This document shows positions 39,529 to 52,351 of a stretch of DNA of 64,000 bases, piece by piece. Source of the DNA: Chloropicon primus (taxonomy: Eukaryota). The notes beneath the pieces are model-generated. The model was given only the letters and a program-made list of their open reading frames with translations. It had not been told where the DNA came from and did no database searches. The DNA is taken from contig CP060757.1 of assembly GCA_023205875.1 (NCBI GenBank), forward strand, positions 1,240,001-1,304,000. The letters run 5' to 3'. A program made the translations under genes and the position numbers. Within the stretch, counting starts at the first letter, position 1. Each line of letters starts with the position of its first letter.

Positions 39529-39993
39529 ATGGACTTCAGTTCCTTGAACATATTCGTCGTACCCGCCATGCAGATATTGCTTTGCGTCGTTATCGCTTCC
39601 CTGTTTAAGCTTGCCATGCAAGGGCAAACGGAGAAGAAGGCCGAGCCAGAGGAGCATCTGGGGAACGGGCTAGGTGACACCGCCGAGGAGGTTCAGGGAA
39701 CGCACCTCGGTTCGGGGGAGGAGAAGGTCCCGCGAGAGGAGGAAGACCAGGACGACAAAGCTGCGTCGTCGCTGGACAAGCAGGTGTCCCTGGACAAGAA
39801 GCTGCGAGAGGGTGTGCAGGAAAAGAAGCACAGGACAGCGTCTTTAGACGCACAGCTCAATGAGCAGAGGCAGGTGGAGCTGGCAGTGGAGCACTTCAAC
39901 AAGAAAGCCGAGGCCAAGAAGGAGAAGGAGAAGGAGAAGGAGAAGGTTGCTCCCAAAACGGGACTCTTCTGCGGTTGCTTTGGTGCGCACTGA
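39529..39993 (+). CDS. Hypothetical protein with N-terminal hydrophobic segment and Cys-containing tail
   Basis: Open frame, TM-like MQILLCVVIASLF, charged body, TGTAA at 40046. Confidence 0.55.
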   Translation: MDFSSLNIFVVPAMQILLCVVIASLFKLAMQGQTEKKAEPEEHLGNGLGDTAEEVQGTHLGSGEEKVPREEEDQDDKAASSLDKQVSLDKKLREGVQEKKHRTASLDAQLNEQRQVELAVEHFNKKAEAKKEKEKEKEKVAPKTGLFCGCFGAH

Positions 39994-40063
39994 TCGGAAC
40001 TTTGGATTGACAGAAGAGGGCTATTAGATTCGATTATATTCTTCTTGTAATTACAACACCTGT

Positions 40064-42745
40064 TTAAGGGGAAAAGACGCACACACTGCAACCCGGAACG
40101 GTTGGTTCCGCGAACATGGTGAAGCCAGACTTCTTGGCCCAGTGCTTGGCGTCCTCGAGGCACTCCTTGTCCCTCTCCATGAGGACGACCTTCCCGTCCA
40201 CTCTCAACTTGCTCCTTATCGACTGGAACAGCTGCGGGGGGTCCTCCAGGGACTGCCAGACACCAGCAATGAGGGTGAGGTTGGCAGAAACTGGGAGCTG
40301 GTCCACCGTCTCATAGTCGCACAGGACCGTATAGACGTTCTCCCTGCTCGTTTGGGACGCGACCTGGTCAACGAGGCTCTTCACCCAGTCAACCGCGTAG
40401 ATCGAGGACCTCTGCATTTTCTGGGCAATCTGGGCACAAAGGTGCCTGCTCCCCAACATCCGCCCCGACGCGGCGCAGAGCTCCACAACGATGTTCTCCT
40501 CGTCGCCTGGCCTCACCAAAGTTCCGAGGTAGACGCAGAGCTTTTCGATGTCCAGCTGGTCGACCAGCCTCGACTTCTCCATGACGATCATGTCATTCTC
40601 GACAGGAGGGGAGAACAGGCTGGCTCCCCCCGTCTCGTACGCCTCGGCCATGACCTTGTGCTTTGCGAGGTCTTCCACCAAAGCCACCACCTGTCCTTCA
40701 CTCGCACTCTCCGTGAGAAGCTTAGAGGCCTTCTCCTCACTCAAGAGGAGCTGCAAGAGCTGGAGCACGTAAAACTTGGCGGTTGCCTTCCTCCCGTACC
40801 ACAATTCCACCAGAATTCTGAGCAAATCGATGTCGCTGCAAAGCTTGTCGCGAAACTCCTCGTCATTTTTGGAGACGCACAGGAGTATCCTGCACAGTGC
40901 CACCACCGCGAGGTCTGAAGTCTGGCCCTGGACGATCTTGAGCAGGTTCCCAAGGGGGCACCTCGTCGAAATGAAGTGGTGGAATTCCGGGACGTTGCTC
41001 AGAATGTTAGCGACGTAACTCACTTCCTCCTGACGCTTTGGGTCAGCAGAGTTGGTGAAAATGTCGAAGAAAGTCTGAAACGCATCCTTGTCCTTCGCCA
41101 CGGAGAAGGAGAGCTCTGGCATGCACTTGCAAGCCGACACGAAGAGGGTGATCGCCGCCCCTTTGAGCTTGTGGGAATGAGACTCTATCATCATGACAAC
41201 AATGGCCCAGACCCCCTTGTCGCTCAACTCGGTCACAAACTCCTTGGAGACGCTCTGCCCGCTTGGGGACCTCCTCGGGATGCACAAGGAGGTGCAGATG
41301 TCCAGAATATCCCCCAACTGCTCGAGCTGCTCCGTGTTGTACGCCGCGGAGACGAACATCTGCTCCCCTTGAGACTGGCTCGAGACGGCCTCTTGAAGAA
41401 TGTTTGAGATTCCCAAGCCCAGATCCCTTCCCGACAACATGGCCAGTATCGCCTTGGAGTGCTGAACCTTTTGCAAGATCGCCAGGGCAATCGCTTTGGG
41501 CCACCCCTCGCTGGACATGCAGCACCTGACCAGACCCCTGGTGAAGTGTTGGTAGTGCTGCACAGCAAAGTTCACAAACTTTTTCATATGGGCAATTCTC
41601 ATGATCACCGCCCCGCATTTCTCGGAGAGACTCTCTGAAGCCTTCGCGAACATAGCCAGGGTCGTCGGCAGCATCACGTCCGCAACGCTGCCTTCCAGGA
41701 AGTGCTCCCTGAACTCCCTCCTCTCCATCATCACGTGCAAGATGTCGAGCGCGGTCCCGACCAAAGTGACCCTTCTCTTCAGAACGCACTCCATGACGAT
41801 TTTCAGGTGCGCGATCGAGGTCTCGTTCAGGAACATGATCCTGTGCGCCCGCTTCGCAGTTTCGCTGCTCAGGGTCTCGGCGTGCGACCCCGCCCCGGAT
41901 ATCTGGCTGACAATCCTCAGCACCATCAAGTTGTCGAAAGCGAACGCGTCAAACACTTTGGACACGCCGCTTCGAGAGAAGAAGTAGTCCACGCACTTCT
42001 CCTCGCCCCCCAGCAGCACCTCCAGCTGCTTGAGGTTCTGGCGCACCCTCTTCGCACCCGAGGCAGCCTCTGCCTCCGTTGCCCTCTCGCTCGACGGCGC
42101 GGTGCCGACAGCGTCCAGAGCGCACAGAGCTTCCTCCAAGAGGTGCATCGAGTCCTCGGCGCCCTCGCTGGCCCTGGGGGGCGAGGCGGGTGCCTGCTTG
42201 GCCGCAGCCCCCTCGTCGCTGAGGCCCTCGACCCTCGCGAGGCAGAGCCTCACGTCCTCCAGCATCTTCAGAGCGAAACCATCCGAAGCCGTTCCCAGGG
42301 AGCACGCCTTCTCCAGGTCCTCCGCGGCCTCCTTCAGCTTCCCGAGCTTCTGCAGGGCCGCGGCCCTCCTCACGTACGCCTTCACGTTGCTCGGCTGCAG
42401 CTTCATAGCGAGCGAGGCGTCGACGAAGGCGTCGTGCAGGTTTCCCCTCCTCAGGCTCGCGATGGACCGGTTGCAGAACAGCTTGCTCGTGGGCTGGTGC
42501 CGAATCCCCTTGGTGTAGAACTCGTACGCCACGTCGTACTTCCTCTTCTTGAAGGCCCGGTTCCCCTTCTCCCGGTAGAACGTCGAGTTGATCGACAGCT
42601 GGTGCAAGTGGTCCTCCCTCGCGCGGCCCTTCCTCTCCTCGAGGGGAGCGACCTCCCTCATCGTCTCCGCCCCCACCTTGTCCAACGACGTCGCGGTCCT
42701 CAACCCCCCCGACCCGGGCACCACCTCCCCCACCCTCGACCCCAT
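40064..42745 (-). CDS. TPR + ARM-like protein (TTC12/UNC45-like) with methyltransferase-like C-terminus
   Basis: Three TPRs (REKGNRAFK..YTKG, LFCNRS, KAYVRRA), long helical region, then VVELCAASG..IYAVD..GKVVLME. Confidence 0.6.
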   Translation of the reverse strand: MGSRVGEVVPGSGGLRTATSLDKVGAETMREVAPLEERKGRAREDHLHQLSINSTFYREKGNRAFKKRKYDVAYEFYTKGIRHQPTSKLFCNRSIASLRRGNLHDAFVDASLAMKLQPSNVKAYVRRAAALQKLGKLKEAAEDLEKACSLGTASDGFALKMLEDVRLCLARVEGLSDEGAAAKQAPASPPRASEGAEDSMHLLEEALCALDAVGTAPSSERATEAEAASGAKRVRQNLKQLEVLLGGEEKCVDYFFSRSGVSKVFDAFAFDNLMVLRIVSQISGAGSHAETLSSETAKRAHRIMFLNETSIAHLKIVMECVLKRRVTLVGTALDILHVMMERREFREHFLEGSVADVMLPTTLAMFAKASESLSEKCGAVIMRIAHMKKFVNFAVQHYQHFTRGLVRCCMSSEGWPKAIALAILQKVQHSKAILAMLSGRDLGLGISNILQEAVSSQSQGEQMFVSAAYNTEQLEQLGDILDICTSLCIPRRSPSGQSVSKEFVTELSDKGVWAIVVMMIESHSHKLKGAAITLFVSACKCMPELSFSVAKDKDAFQTFFDIFTNSADPKRQEEVSYVANILSNVPEFHHFISTRCPLGNLLKIVQGQTSDLAVVALCRILLCVSKNDEEFRDKLCSDIDLLRILVELWYGRKATAKFYVLQLLQLLLSEEKASKLLTESASEGQVVALVEDLAKHKVMAEAYETGGASLFSPPVENDMIVMEKSRLVDQLDIEKLCVYLGTLVRPGDEENIVVELCAASGRMLGSRHLCAQIAQKMQRSSIYAVDWVKSLVDQVASQTSRENVYTVLCDYETVDQLPVSANLTLIAGVWQSLEDPPQLFQSIRSKLRVDGKVVLMERDKECLEDAKHWAKKSGFTMFAEPTVPGCSVCVFSP

Positions 42746-43370
42746 GGACGACGCGCGCGAACGCGAACGCGAACCCAACCTCTCTCTCGTCCGGTCGTCC
42801 GTCTAAACCGATCGACCACCGAGAAGATTATTATAGATTATTTCCGACCTCTCGGATTCCTCCTCCACGTGCTTCCTGTCTTTCGTGCTTCGTCTCCCGA
42901 AGCGATACACCGGTCCCGCGCGAAGCACCTTCCCGAGCGTTCCCTCGCTAAACACCTTCCCCTCCCCCTCGCACCACACGACTCAACAGAACCGATCGGC
43001 GCCCTTCCCTCTTCTCTCTGATACTGAGACTGAGAAGACCTTCAGCTAGATCCCCCCCCCCGTGAGGAAGGAATATCTGGCTTTGGTGAGAAGGCGGGAA
43101 ATCTGGCTCTCTGGCTCTGGCTCTGGCTCTGGCTCTGGCTCTGTGTGTCTTCTGGACGGCTGTTAGGGTTGGACAGAGGGAGGGTGCTCCTCCTCCACGA
43201 CACACCTCTCGGTCGACTCTCCGGATTTGGTTTGGATTGGATTGGATTGGATTGGATTGAATTGGATTGGGATTCGATTTGGACTGGGCGGCTTGGAGGT
43301 GGTGGTGGTGGTGGTGTGTTTAGTTGGTTTCTCTCTCGTTCTCTTTCGTTCTCTCTCTCGATCTCTCTCG

Positions 43371-44259
<889 letters not shown>

Positions 44260-44510
44260 ACATAGACATAGACTGCTCGGCACGGTGCGTGTCCGTGAGA
44301 AGCAAGGGGAGAGGGGGAGGAAGGAACCTCATTAAACGCGACTCTGTTATTTATCTGCCTTGGCATTTCTCTGAAATCTTCGGAAATCTTTGCTTCCTTA
44401 TTTTTTTTTAAACCTCTCTCTCTCTCTCTTGCGAAAGGGAGAGGAGAGGCGAGAGAAAGGGGGTGACGGTGACGGGAAGCCTGGCGGGGAAGAGGGTACG
44501 AGGACGAGGT

Positions 44511-46159
44511 ATGGCGCCCACGACGGAGGATACGATGGCCGAGGCACAGCCTCAGGAGCCGAACGTGACCAAGGAGAAGAAGAAGAAGGCGGGGATGAAG
44601 AAGAAGGAGAGCGACATAGACTATGAGGCGTTGGAGAAGCAGATCGCTTCGATCAAGACAAACGCAGTGGGGTCGAGCGCGGAGAAGCTGCTGTCGCAGA
44701 CCTTGGAGGAGCTCCTCGCGCTCGAGAAAACATACAGGCTTCAGGCCGACCTCAAGGCGACTTCCATGTGCGGCGTCGCCGTCGTCCAGGTACGTGTCTC
44801 CCTCCCGGAACGATCGACCGATCACGAGATATGTGGAGAGAGGGCCCCGCGAGACCCGGTGGTGTCTTTCCTTTCTTTTCTCACGCCGCCGTTCTTTTTG
44901 CTTCGTCTGCTCTCCTCCAGGCTTGCTTCGAAGCGAGGCAGTGGAAGCTCCTGAACGAGCACGTCATCCTCATCTCGAAGAGACGTGCCCAGCTGAAGCA
45001 GGCCGTGGCTGCCACCGTGAAGGAGGCGATCGGCTACATAGACTCCACCCCGGACGAGGACACGAAGATCGAGCTCATCAAGACCTTGACGAGCGTGACG
45101 GAGGGCAAGATCTACCTCGAGCTCGAGAGGGCGAGACTGACCAGGAAGTTGGCTGCGATATTGGAAGCCAGGGGGAAGATCGACGAGGCTGCCGAGGCCC
45201 TTCAGGAGGTCGCCGTGGAGACCTTCGGCGCGATGGCGAAGACCGAGAAGATCGCGTTCATCCTGGAGCAGGTCCGCCTTTGCTTGAAGAAGAAGGACTT
45301 CATCAGGGCGTTCATTCTTGTGAAGAAGGTCACCCCGAGGGCCTTCTCGGAGAAGAGGCTGGTTTCCGACGGGAAGCAGGACGGGGAGAAGAAGGAGATG
45401 GCCATGGACGGCACGACCGCGGCCCCTCCGGACGAGGGAATTCCATCGCTGGAGGAGCTCAAGCTGGTGTACTACGAGCACCTCATCGCGTACTACACGC
45501 ACACCAACGATGCCTTGGAGATATGCCGGTGCTACCAGAATATTTATGACACGCCTTCCATCAAGGGTGACACAAGCAAGTGGACGGAGGTGTTGAAGAA
45601 GGTGTGCTGGTACGTCGTGCTCGCCCCCTCTGGACCAATGCAGAGCAGCATCCTTCACATGGTGCACGGGGACGAGAACTTGGCCAAGCTGCCGCTGTAC
45701 GAGAGGCTCTTGAGGATATTCGTGAAGAACGACATTGTCCAGTGGACTGACGTCCAGGATCAGTTTGGGGTTGAGATGATGGAGCAGGACTCCATCTTCT
45801 TGGGCAAGGTGGCAGAGAACAGGGACACGTTCAAGCTCCGAGTTGTGGACCACAACATCCTGGTGATTAGCAACTACTACAGCCAGATAACGCTCCCAAG
45901 GCTCGCGGACATCTTGAAAATTGATGTGGAAGAGGCCGAGAAGTACTTGTCGGACCTGGTGCTGAAGAAGACGGTAAAGGCGAAGATCAATCGCCCTCAG
46001 GGTATCATCAACTTTGGAGCCAAGCCAAAGCCGGAGGAGGTGCTCTCCCAATGGTCTGGGAACATTGGAAAGCTGCTGGAGTTGCTCGAGAAATCTTGTC
46101 ACAAGATCCACAAGGAAGCCCAGCAGCACAAAGTTCTCGTCCCTTCCATGAGACAGTGA
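44511..46159 (+). CDS. RPN5: 26S proteasome lid subunit RPN5/PSMD12; intron 44790-44920
   Basis: LEKTYRL.AD, KRRAQLKQAV, VTEGKIYLELERARLT, VETFGAM, PCI domain. Confidence 0.93.
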
Positions 46160-46614
46160 GTCTCCTTAACCTTGTAATGTAATGGCTTCTTTTCTTTGAG
46201 AAAGTATATTGAAGTCCAGTTGGACCCCTTGCAAAAAAATCGCGATTTGCCCCAGCGGTCCCGGGCTTTCCCCGCGTCGTGAGCAAAGGTGAGCGGGAGA
46301 GTCGCCTTCACGGGTCGCGGCTCGACCCTCCGTCGCCTCAAGGGAAGCCAGTGTCTTCTTCTAACGCCCGCCTTTCAAATTTCCAACCAAGTTGCTCGTT
46401 GGTTGAGGGGCCTCCACCAATATAGAATTCAAATTGCGGGGACAGACTGGGGCCAACACGGAGAGAGGGAGAGGGAGGGAGGGCGAAGAAAGAGTTGTGG
46501 GAAGGCCGTGCGTGAGGGCACGAGAGGTGCACGGTAAGCGCCGGAGAGAGACCCTCCAGCCCTGGGCAAGAGCAAGATTCGAATCTTTTCGAAACTCTGC
46601 ACAAGAGACACAAG

Positions 46615-48156
46615 ATGACCTCGATACACGCCATAAGCGAGGACCTCAGGCCTGCACCGAATGAGTCCCTGCAGAAGAACCCAAACACTCTTGCGGTGCT
46701 GAAACCCTTGTCGAGGGATCTCCCTCCGATACAAGAGACGAGGAGGAGGACGGAGGCGGAGACGACACGAGTCGAGGTCAAAGCACAGCCCGAAAGCTCG
46801 GGGGGTGCCAGCCACACGGCGGGCGTTGCCGCAGACGAGGAGAGCGTGAGGGCGTCGGTCACGACGTTGGAGGCTCCTGTGCACATCCAGGCGCGGGCAA
46901 AGATTCGGCGAAGGATCTTGAACTCGATGGAGAAAGACCATTTCTTGTACCTGAAGCAAGCGTACCAATTCTCCGCCGCTATATCGCCCTCGAGGTTGAA
47001 CCTGGTGGAGAAGAAGGGGAAACAGAAGACGTCCAAGCTCTTCGTCCCCAAGTTGCTGGCGAACGGCCTTGGGGTTCAAAGCAAGCTGGCTGGGGACGTC
47101 ACCCCGAAGCACTTTTTGATCACGCCAATGAGGGCAAACAATATTCCTGGCCCTGGAAGGGGCATCACCAAGTTCGTGCGAGTGGCGAGATTTATGCTTC
47201 TGCACGGCAACAAGTTCATAGGAAATCAGGAGAAGGTGGAGACCTACCCTGCGCGGTTGGAGAACAGAAGGTGGAAGTTCTACGAGGAAACACTCGTCTT
47301 GAGGTACAACCCAGAGCTCGAGAACCTCAAGCTCTATGTGGAGTTCAACTTTGAGCACCAGCTCAGCAGCAACGACAAGCTTGGCCTTGGCCTCAACGAC
47401 AGAAAGGCGACTTGCCAAGTTACTGAAGGCACGGTAGCATGGTGCGTGATCCCGGTGTCGATATGCGGCCAGATCACTGAGGAGACCATCGTTCCTGTGA
47501 AGCTGATGACCGGCCCCTTGAACCAGCCCAGGAAACTGGATGACTTGAGGAACGAGCGAGCCAACCAGAGCGGCATCCGAAGGAAGATCCAAGAAAGTTG
47601 CGGGGTGACGTTGGCCGCCCAGACCACGTGCTACCCTTCCAAGCAGTCCCTCTTCACCATCAAGATCGGCCCCATGAAATTCAGCAGCGATGACTTCAGG
47701 TACCTGCCGGCCAACTACATTTCCAGCGTGAAGCTGGCGACGGTAATCACCCTGCACCAGATGATACTGCGAGACTGCCTCAAGGACATGCCATCTTTTC
47801 TGGACCAGATTCTCGATCCGGTCCTAGCGGTGTTTCCACACATTTTGGACGATCAAGCGATGAGAACGAGCTTTTTGAGCATATGGGACGTCGAGTCTGG
47901 GAAGATCGAGCAGACGAGGGAGAAGCTTTACGCTTGCTTCAGGGAGTGCGTCATGCGCTTCTGGCCACTGGTGAACACGAACGACTTGAAGGAGACCTTC
48001 AGCAACGACTTTGCCACGAGGACGCTGAGGAACGAACGAATCAAACAGTTTGTGGCAAAGAAGTCAGAGAGCACTCTCACGGTGGGGGCCCATGCTTGGT
48101 CCAACAAGCCTTTTCAGATCGGAGAGATGCGCTACTCGATTGGGGATTTCATGTAA
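46615..48156 (+). CDS. NPHP1: Nephrocystin-1-like transition-zone protein (C-terminal homology domain)
   Basis: IPGPG..RFMLLHGNKFIGN, VAWC, DPVLAVFPHILD, C-terminal PFQIGEMRY resemble the NPHP1 C-terminal domain; no SH3 seen. Confidence 0.65.
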   Translation: MTSIHAISEDLRPAPNESLQKNPNTLAVLKPLSRDLPPIQETRRRTEAETTRVEVKAQPESSGGASHTAGVAADEESVRASVTTLEAPVHIQARAKIRRRILNSMEKDHFLYLKQAYQFSAAISPSRLNLVEKKGKQKTSKLFVPKLLANGLGVQSKLAGDVTPKHFLITPMRANNIPGPGRGITKFVRVARFMLLHGNKFIGNQEKVETYPARLENRRWKFYEETLVLRYNPELENLKLYVEFNFEHQLSSNDKLGLGLNDRKATCQVTEGTVAWCVIPVSICGQITEETIVPVKLMTGPLNQPRKLDDLRNERANQSGIRRKIQESCGVTLAAQTTCYPSKQSLFTIKIGPMKFSSDDFRYLPANYISSVKLATVITLHQMILRDCLKDMPSFLDQILDPVLAVFPHILDDQAMRTSFLSIWDVESGKIEQTREKLYACFRECVMRFWPLVNTNDLKETFSNDFATRTLRNERIKQFVAKKSESTLTVGAHAWSNKPFQIGEMRYSIGDFM

Positions 48157-48223
48157 TTTGGTAATGCATGCGCGTGTATACGATTTTTTTACGTTTTCTA
48201 AGTTGCTGTACGGCCCTCCCTCA

Positions 48224-50488
48224 TCATCCTCTGCCCGAGGTTAGCCGCTTCAAGGCCAGCCTGTTCGAGCTGATTTCCTTGTTAAGCTTATTCAGCCTTT
48301 CTTCGATCTCCCTCTTCTGCTTTCGCTGTGCCAAAGTCCTTCCGGATGACGCGGGCATTTTCGCGTACTGGGACTCCAAGAACTGCTTCTCCATGTTCAT
48401 TTTCAGCAGCTGCCTTTCTATTTTCTGCTCGCTGTTGAAGGTCGACGATTTGTCCCCCTCGACCGCGTATGGACACGCGTGGCTTGGCCGTCGGGCGCTC
48501 TCGGCATTCGCGGCCTTGGCCTCTTGCTTGTTGATGGCGATGTCGGCTTGCTTGCGGATGATGTTTTCCTTCGCTTCATTTCTTCTTTCCAGCGCTGAGG
48601 GAGTGGGAGCGGCCTCCTCCGAGACCCTCTCGGGCCCCCTTTGCCGTGATGCGAGGCTCTCTTCTTTACTCGCTTGCAGGGGCTCTCTCTCCTCGGCCAT
48701 CGCCACGTTGAGATCTTCCTCCCCGTGATACTGCCGGTGCCCCCTGCGAATGTGGTCGTAAATATTTTCTATTGTGTCTCTGTTGGACATGCTCTTGGGG
48801 GTCAGAACCTCCCTCGGTGGCTCCTCGATGCGCGCTGCTACGGGAACCTGCACGCTTGCCGCAGGAGCTCTGTGCGCCTGGACCTCGAAATCGAAATCGC
48901 CGAGGCTGGGCCTCACGTGGGCATCATACGAGGGAATTATGCCGAGGTTGTCCCGTGGCCGGCTCACCTCCACCATCTTTTGTGGGGAGAGCAGGAGCTT
49001 TTGCTTGCTTGCCTCCAAGACCTTGACCTCTCTTGACAGCCTCGAGAGCTCTTCGTCCTGGTTCGTGAGGTCCAGCTTGAGATTGACGATGGTCGCCTGG
49101 AGGAGCTTGTTCTCTCGGACGAGATCGTCCATTTGGATCCTCTGGTTGTAGTTGGCAGTGTTGCACTCCACGATGTACGACTTCAAGCTGTCGACATCGC
49201 TCTCGGCCTTTTCGAACTTGGACTTGTACTCGACGCACGCCGCACTCGCCTCGTGCTGCACCTGGGCGTACTCCCTGACCTCCCTCATGAGCGTCTCGCA
49301 CCTGTGCCTCTCGTCCCCAATGGCCTCCTGGAGGTGGATGTTGTCGTTCCTGAGGGCCTCGAACGCGCTTTCCAGCTTGTTGTAGTCCCTTCTCTCGCCC
49401 AGCAAGTACTCAATCCTGTCCACGAGCTCATTCTTTTCTGATTTTGCCTCCTTGAGTCTCGCCTCGTATTCGTTCACAATGTTTGAAACTTCCTCGAGGG
49501 ACGACTGCTCCCTGGCCGACATCGCCGCGTTCACCTCCTTCTCGTCCATCATGTCCCTCAGCCTCAAGTACAGCTCCTCCTTGTCCTTGACGAGCCCGGC
49601 GATCGCCTCGTCCTTCTGGGCTATCACCATCTGCTGGTCCTTGATCAGGGAGAGCTCCTTCTCCCTCACGACGGGGTCGCTCTCCTTGCGTTTCAGGGAC
49701 ACCACCACCTCCTCGATGTGCTGGAGCCTGTCGTCGATCGCCTCGACCTTCGCCATCGCGGCCAGGGGGGGCGCTTCGGGCTCGGGGGCCCTCTCCAAGC
49801 CCCGCCTCGGCCAGTAGTCCTGCTCCTCCGCGACGCTCGCCTCGCGCTCGGGCTCTTGCTCGACGGGTCGGAACGCGTCTGCCTCCTCGTGGACCTCCTC
49901 GACCGCCACCAGGTGGTGGTCGTGGACGTCGTGGTCGGACTCTGGGGACCAGTCGCCGAGGCCTCGTTCCTCGGGGAGCTCCGGAGCTCCGGACCCCGCC
50001 TCCGCTTGCCTTCTCTGGAGCTGGTCCAAGGTCGCCTTCGCGACCGCATCCGGGAGCTTGGAGATCAGCTGGAGCTCGTCGCTGTCCAGGTTGTACTGCT
50101 TGAAGTTGGAAAGGATCTCTTCCTTCTCCGTGGTTATCGGGACGAGGTTCGACTCGGGACTGGGCACGAAAAGCGGGCTTCCAGACGTCACGTGGAACTC
50201 CTCGTCGTCGGGTATTGTGCTCCTGAAGTTGTCCTCCAGCACGCTTGCCTGCAGCCGCTCCTGCAGCCTCGAGTCCACCAGAAAGTTCTCCGGGGAAACG
50301 AAAGGGTTCGAGCTCCTCCTCCTGGAGAACTTTGCGGCGTCGGGCTCCTCTCGCTCTGTCTGCTGGTTGTCGTCCGCCACTAGCAAGGCCGTCGTTGTTG
50401 TCGTCGTTCTCATGTCCAGGAAGTTGTCCCCGTCTACCTCGAAGCTCTCGTCCGCGAACGGGTTCCCGAACTCGCACGGAACCTCCAT
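48224..50488 (-). CDS. Coiled-coil protein with MPHOSPH9/enkurin-like C-terminal domain
   Basis: Long coiled coil; C-terminus EKQFLESQYAKMPASSGRTLAQRKQKREIEERLNKLNKEISSNRLALK. Confidence 0.55.
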   Translation of the reverse strand: MEVPCEFGNPFADESFEVDGDNFLDMRTTTTTTALLVADDNQQTEREEPDAAKFSRRRSSNPFVSPENFLVDSRLQERLQASVLEDNFRSTIPDDEEFHVTSGSPLFVPSPESNLVPITTEKEEILSNFKQYNLDSDELQLISKLPDAVAKATLDQLQRRQAEAGSGAPELPEERGLGDWSPESDHDVHDHHLVAVEEVHEEADAFRPVEQEPEREASVAEEQDYWPRRGLERAPEPEAPPLAAMAKVEAIDDRLQHIEEVVVSLKRKESDPVVREKELSLIKDQQMVIAQKDEAIAGLVKDKEELYLRLRDMMDEKEVNAAMSAREQSSLEEVSNIVNEYEARLKEAKSEKNELVDRIEYLLGERRDYNKLESAFEALRNDNIHLQEAIGDERHRCETLMREVREYAQVQHEASAACVEYKSKFEKAESDVDSLKSYIVECNTANYNQRIQMDDLVRENKLLQATIVNLKLDLTNQDEELSRLSREVKVLEASKQKLLLSPQKMVEVSRPRDNLGIIPSYDAHVRPSLGDFDFEVQAHRAPAASVQVPVAARIEEPPREVLTPKSMSNRDTIENIYDHIRRGHRQYHGEEDLNVAMAEEREPLQASKEESLASRQRGPERVSEEAAPTPSALERRNEAKENIIRKQADIAINKQEAKAANAESARRPSHACPYAVEGDKSSTFNSEQKIERQLLKMNMEKQFLESQYAKMPASSGRTLAQRKQKREIEERLNKLNKEISSNRLALKRLTSGRG

Positions 50489-50986
50489 CCTGAGCAAGGC
50501 TCCACGACGAACTGGTTCTCGACCTCTTCCCCCTCCCCCTCTCCCTCGTGTCAATCTTTCGGGTGGGGTCCAAGGCTGGGGGTTCCCTCCCTCCACAATG
50601 GGCGTGGACGCACAACAACGAAGGCAACCGAGAAGACCACCGGGTTCCCTGGTCGTTCCTCGATCTTGGACTGGTTCTGACTCCAGAACTCACCTAAGAC
50701 TCGCAGGGGAGACGATCAAGATCTGTCCCCGCCTTGGTTTAAATGTCCTTGGCTTGGGAAATTTCACAAAGGAGAGAGAGAGAGAGGAGAGAGGGAGAGA
50801 GGAGAGGGAGAGGGGGACGAGGAAGCGTTTGCGTTTGGGTTTGGACGAGGACGAAAGGGGTCGGGTGGGCGGAGGTGTGTGTGTGGGGGGGAACTCTGTG
50901 GCGTCACTTTCGTGGAGAGCTGGGAGTGCTTGGAGTTCGGGTTCGGGTTCGGGAGGAGGAGGAACAGGACGGGGTCCGTGAGAAGA

Positions 50987-51522
50987 ATGAGGGATATGGG
51001 GAGGACGACGGAAAGCGTGAGGAGGGGGGGGGCGAGGGCGTCCGGGCCTCCTCGAGACAGGTCGAGGGTGGGGACGAAGGCGAAGAGGTGCGGGGAGTTC
51101 GGCGTGACCCTGGCGAGCAGCGGCGTCTTGAGGAAGAGGAGGAAGCCGAGCGGGGGAGGGGCCGCGAGCTCGGCGGGTCCGTCTTCGTCTTCGTCGTGGT
51201 GCCGGGAGACCGCGGAGTACTACGGGGACCCGGGCCGGGGGGGGAGCCCGTCGGTCGCGCGGGCGGCCTTTGCGGAGGAGGTGAAGGTGAGTGAAGGAGC
51301 GGACTGAAGAGAGAGAGAGAGAAGAAATCTTGGAGTCTTGCGCGTGGCTTGGCTGGCGCTGACAAACCGTGTATTCTTGCACACCGCGTCTCTGTCTCTC
51401 TCCCGTCGGCGAAACCGCGAACCGGCGCAGGAGACGTGGAGCTCATCCTCGGAGGACGACTTGGTTTCGGTCACCAAGGTGTTCACCAGGGCGGCAAAGA
51501 TAAAGGGGTCCTCGTCGTCCTC

Positions 51523-51553
<31 letters not shown>

Positions 51554-51961
51554 TCGTCCTCCTGCTCGGGCGGGAAGAAGGGCAAGAAGGGCAAGAAGCG
51601 GAGGAAGAAGGTCGAGGCGCTCCAGGCTCAGCTCCAGAGGAAGGCGAAGAAGCTGGCCACGACGACGGCGAGGGGGACGACGACCGGCACCGGCGTGGGC
51701 GTGGAGGTCTGCTACGGCCCCAAGTGCAGGAAGAAGGGCGCCGAGGAGATCTCCAGGAAGCTGGAGCAGCTCGGGAAGCTCGACCCGGACTTCGTGGTCC
51801 AGAGGTGCAGTTGCATGGGCAAGTGCGGCAAGGCCCCGAACGTGAGGGCGTATCCGGGGCTGAGCACCGGGGATGAGACCAGCCTGCTCGAGGAGAAGAC
51901 CAAGACCAAGACCAAGACCAAGACCAAGACCAAGGCGAAGAAGAAGGGTCAAGTGGTGTAG
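50987..51961 (+). CDS. Thioredoxin-like [2Fe-2S] ferredoxin-domain protein (DGAT3-like); intron 51287-51430
   Basis: EVCYGPKCRKKGA..CSCMGKCGKAPNV; poly-Ser and Lys tracts; GTGAGT donor, CTGAC at 51359, CAG acceptor keep frame. Confidence 0.7.
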
Positions 51962-52351
51962 AGGTGTACAGGGGAAGGAGGATTGACAATTGACAGTAAT
52001 ATTAAACCAACCCCCCTCCTTGCGTTGAGTTCAGTCTCTCCTCTCGTCTCCGTCTCCCTCTCCTTGACCTTTGCGCAAACACCCATTCCGCTCCTTTTGT
52101 GCGCGCGAAAAAAAAAAATCTTAATTCGCGTTTTCTATTCTCGGCCCCGTCTGGTCTTATCCATCGCAGGTCTAACGCTCCTTTTTTGTGAACGAGAGGG
52201 GGAACAACTCACAACTCAGGACCCCCCGTGCGTGTGGGAGGACGGAGGGAAAAAAGAACGGACGTCACGGCCACACAGCGACGATCGATTGATCGCCGTT
52301 GACGAGGGCGAGGGGGGCGACGATCGCATCGCGCGGCGCCGCGGTGGGAGG

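Noticed and set aside
14206..43270. Short tandem repeats (AACAG, GA, AACTG, CTCTGG, GGATT) as possible CRISPR-like arrays
   Set aside because: No spacers; ordinary microsatellites in promoters and UTRs
46240..46350. GC-rich hairpins between RPN5 and NPHP1 as a tRNA/SRP-like RNA
   Set aside because: No conserved boxes; such stems are expected at this GC content
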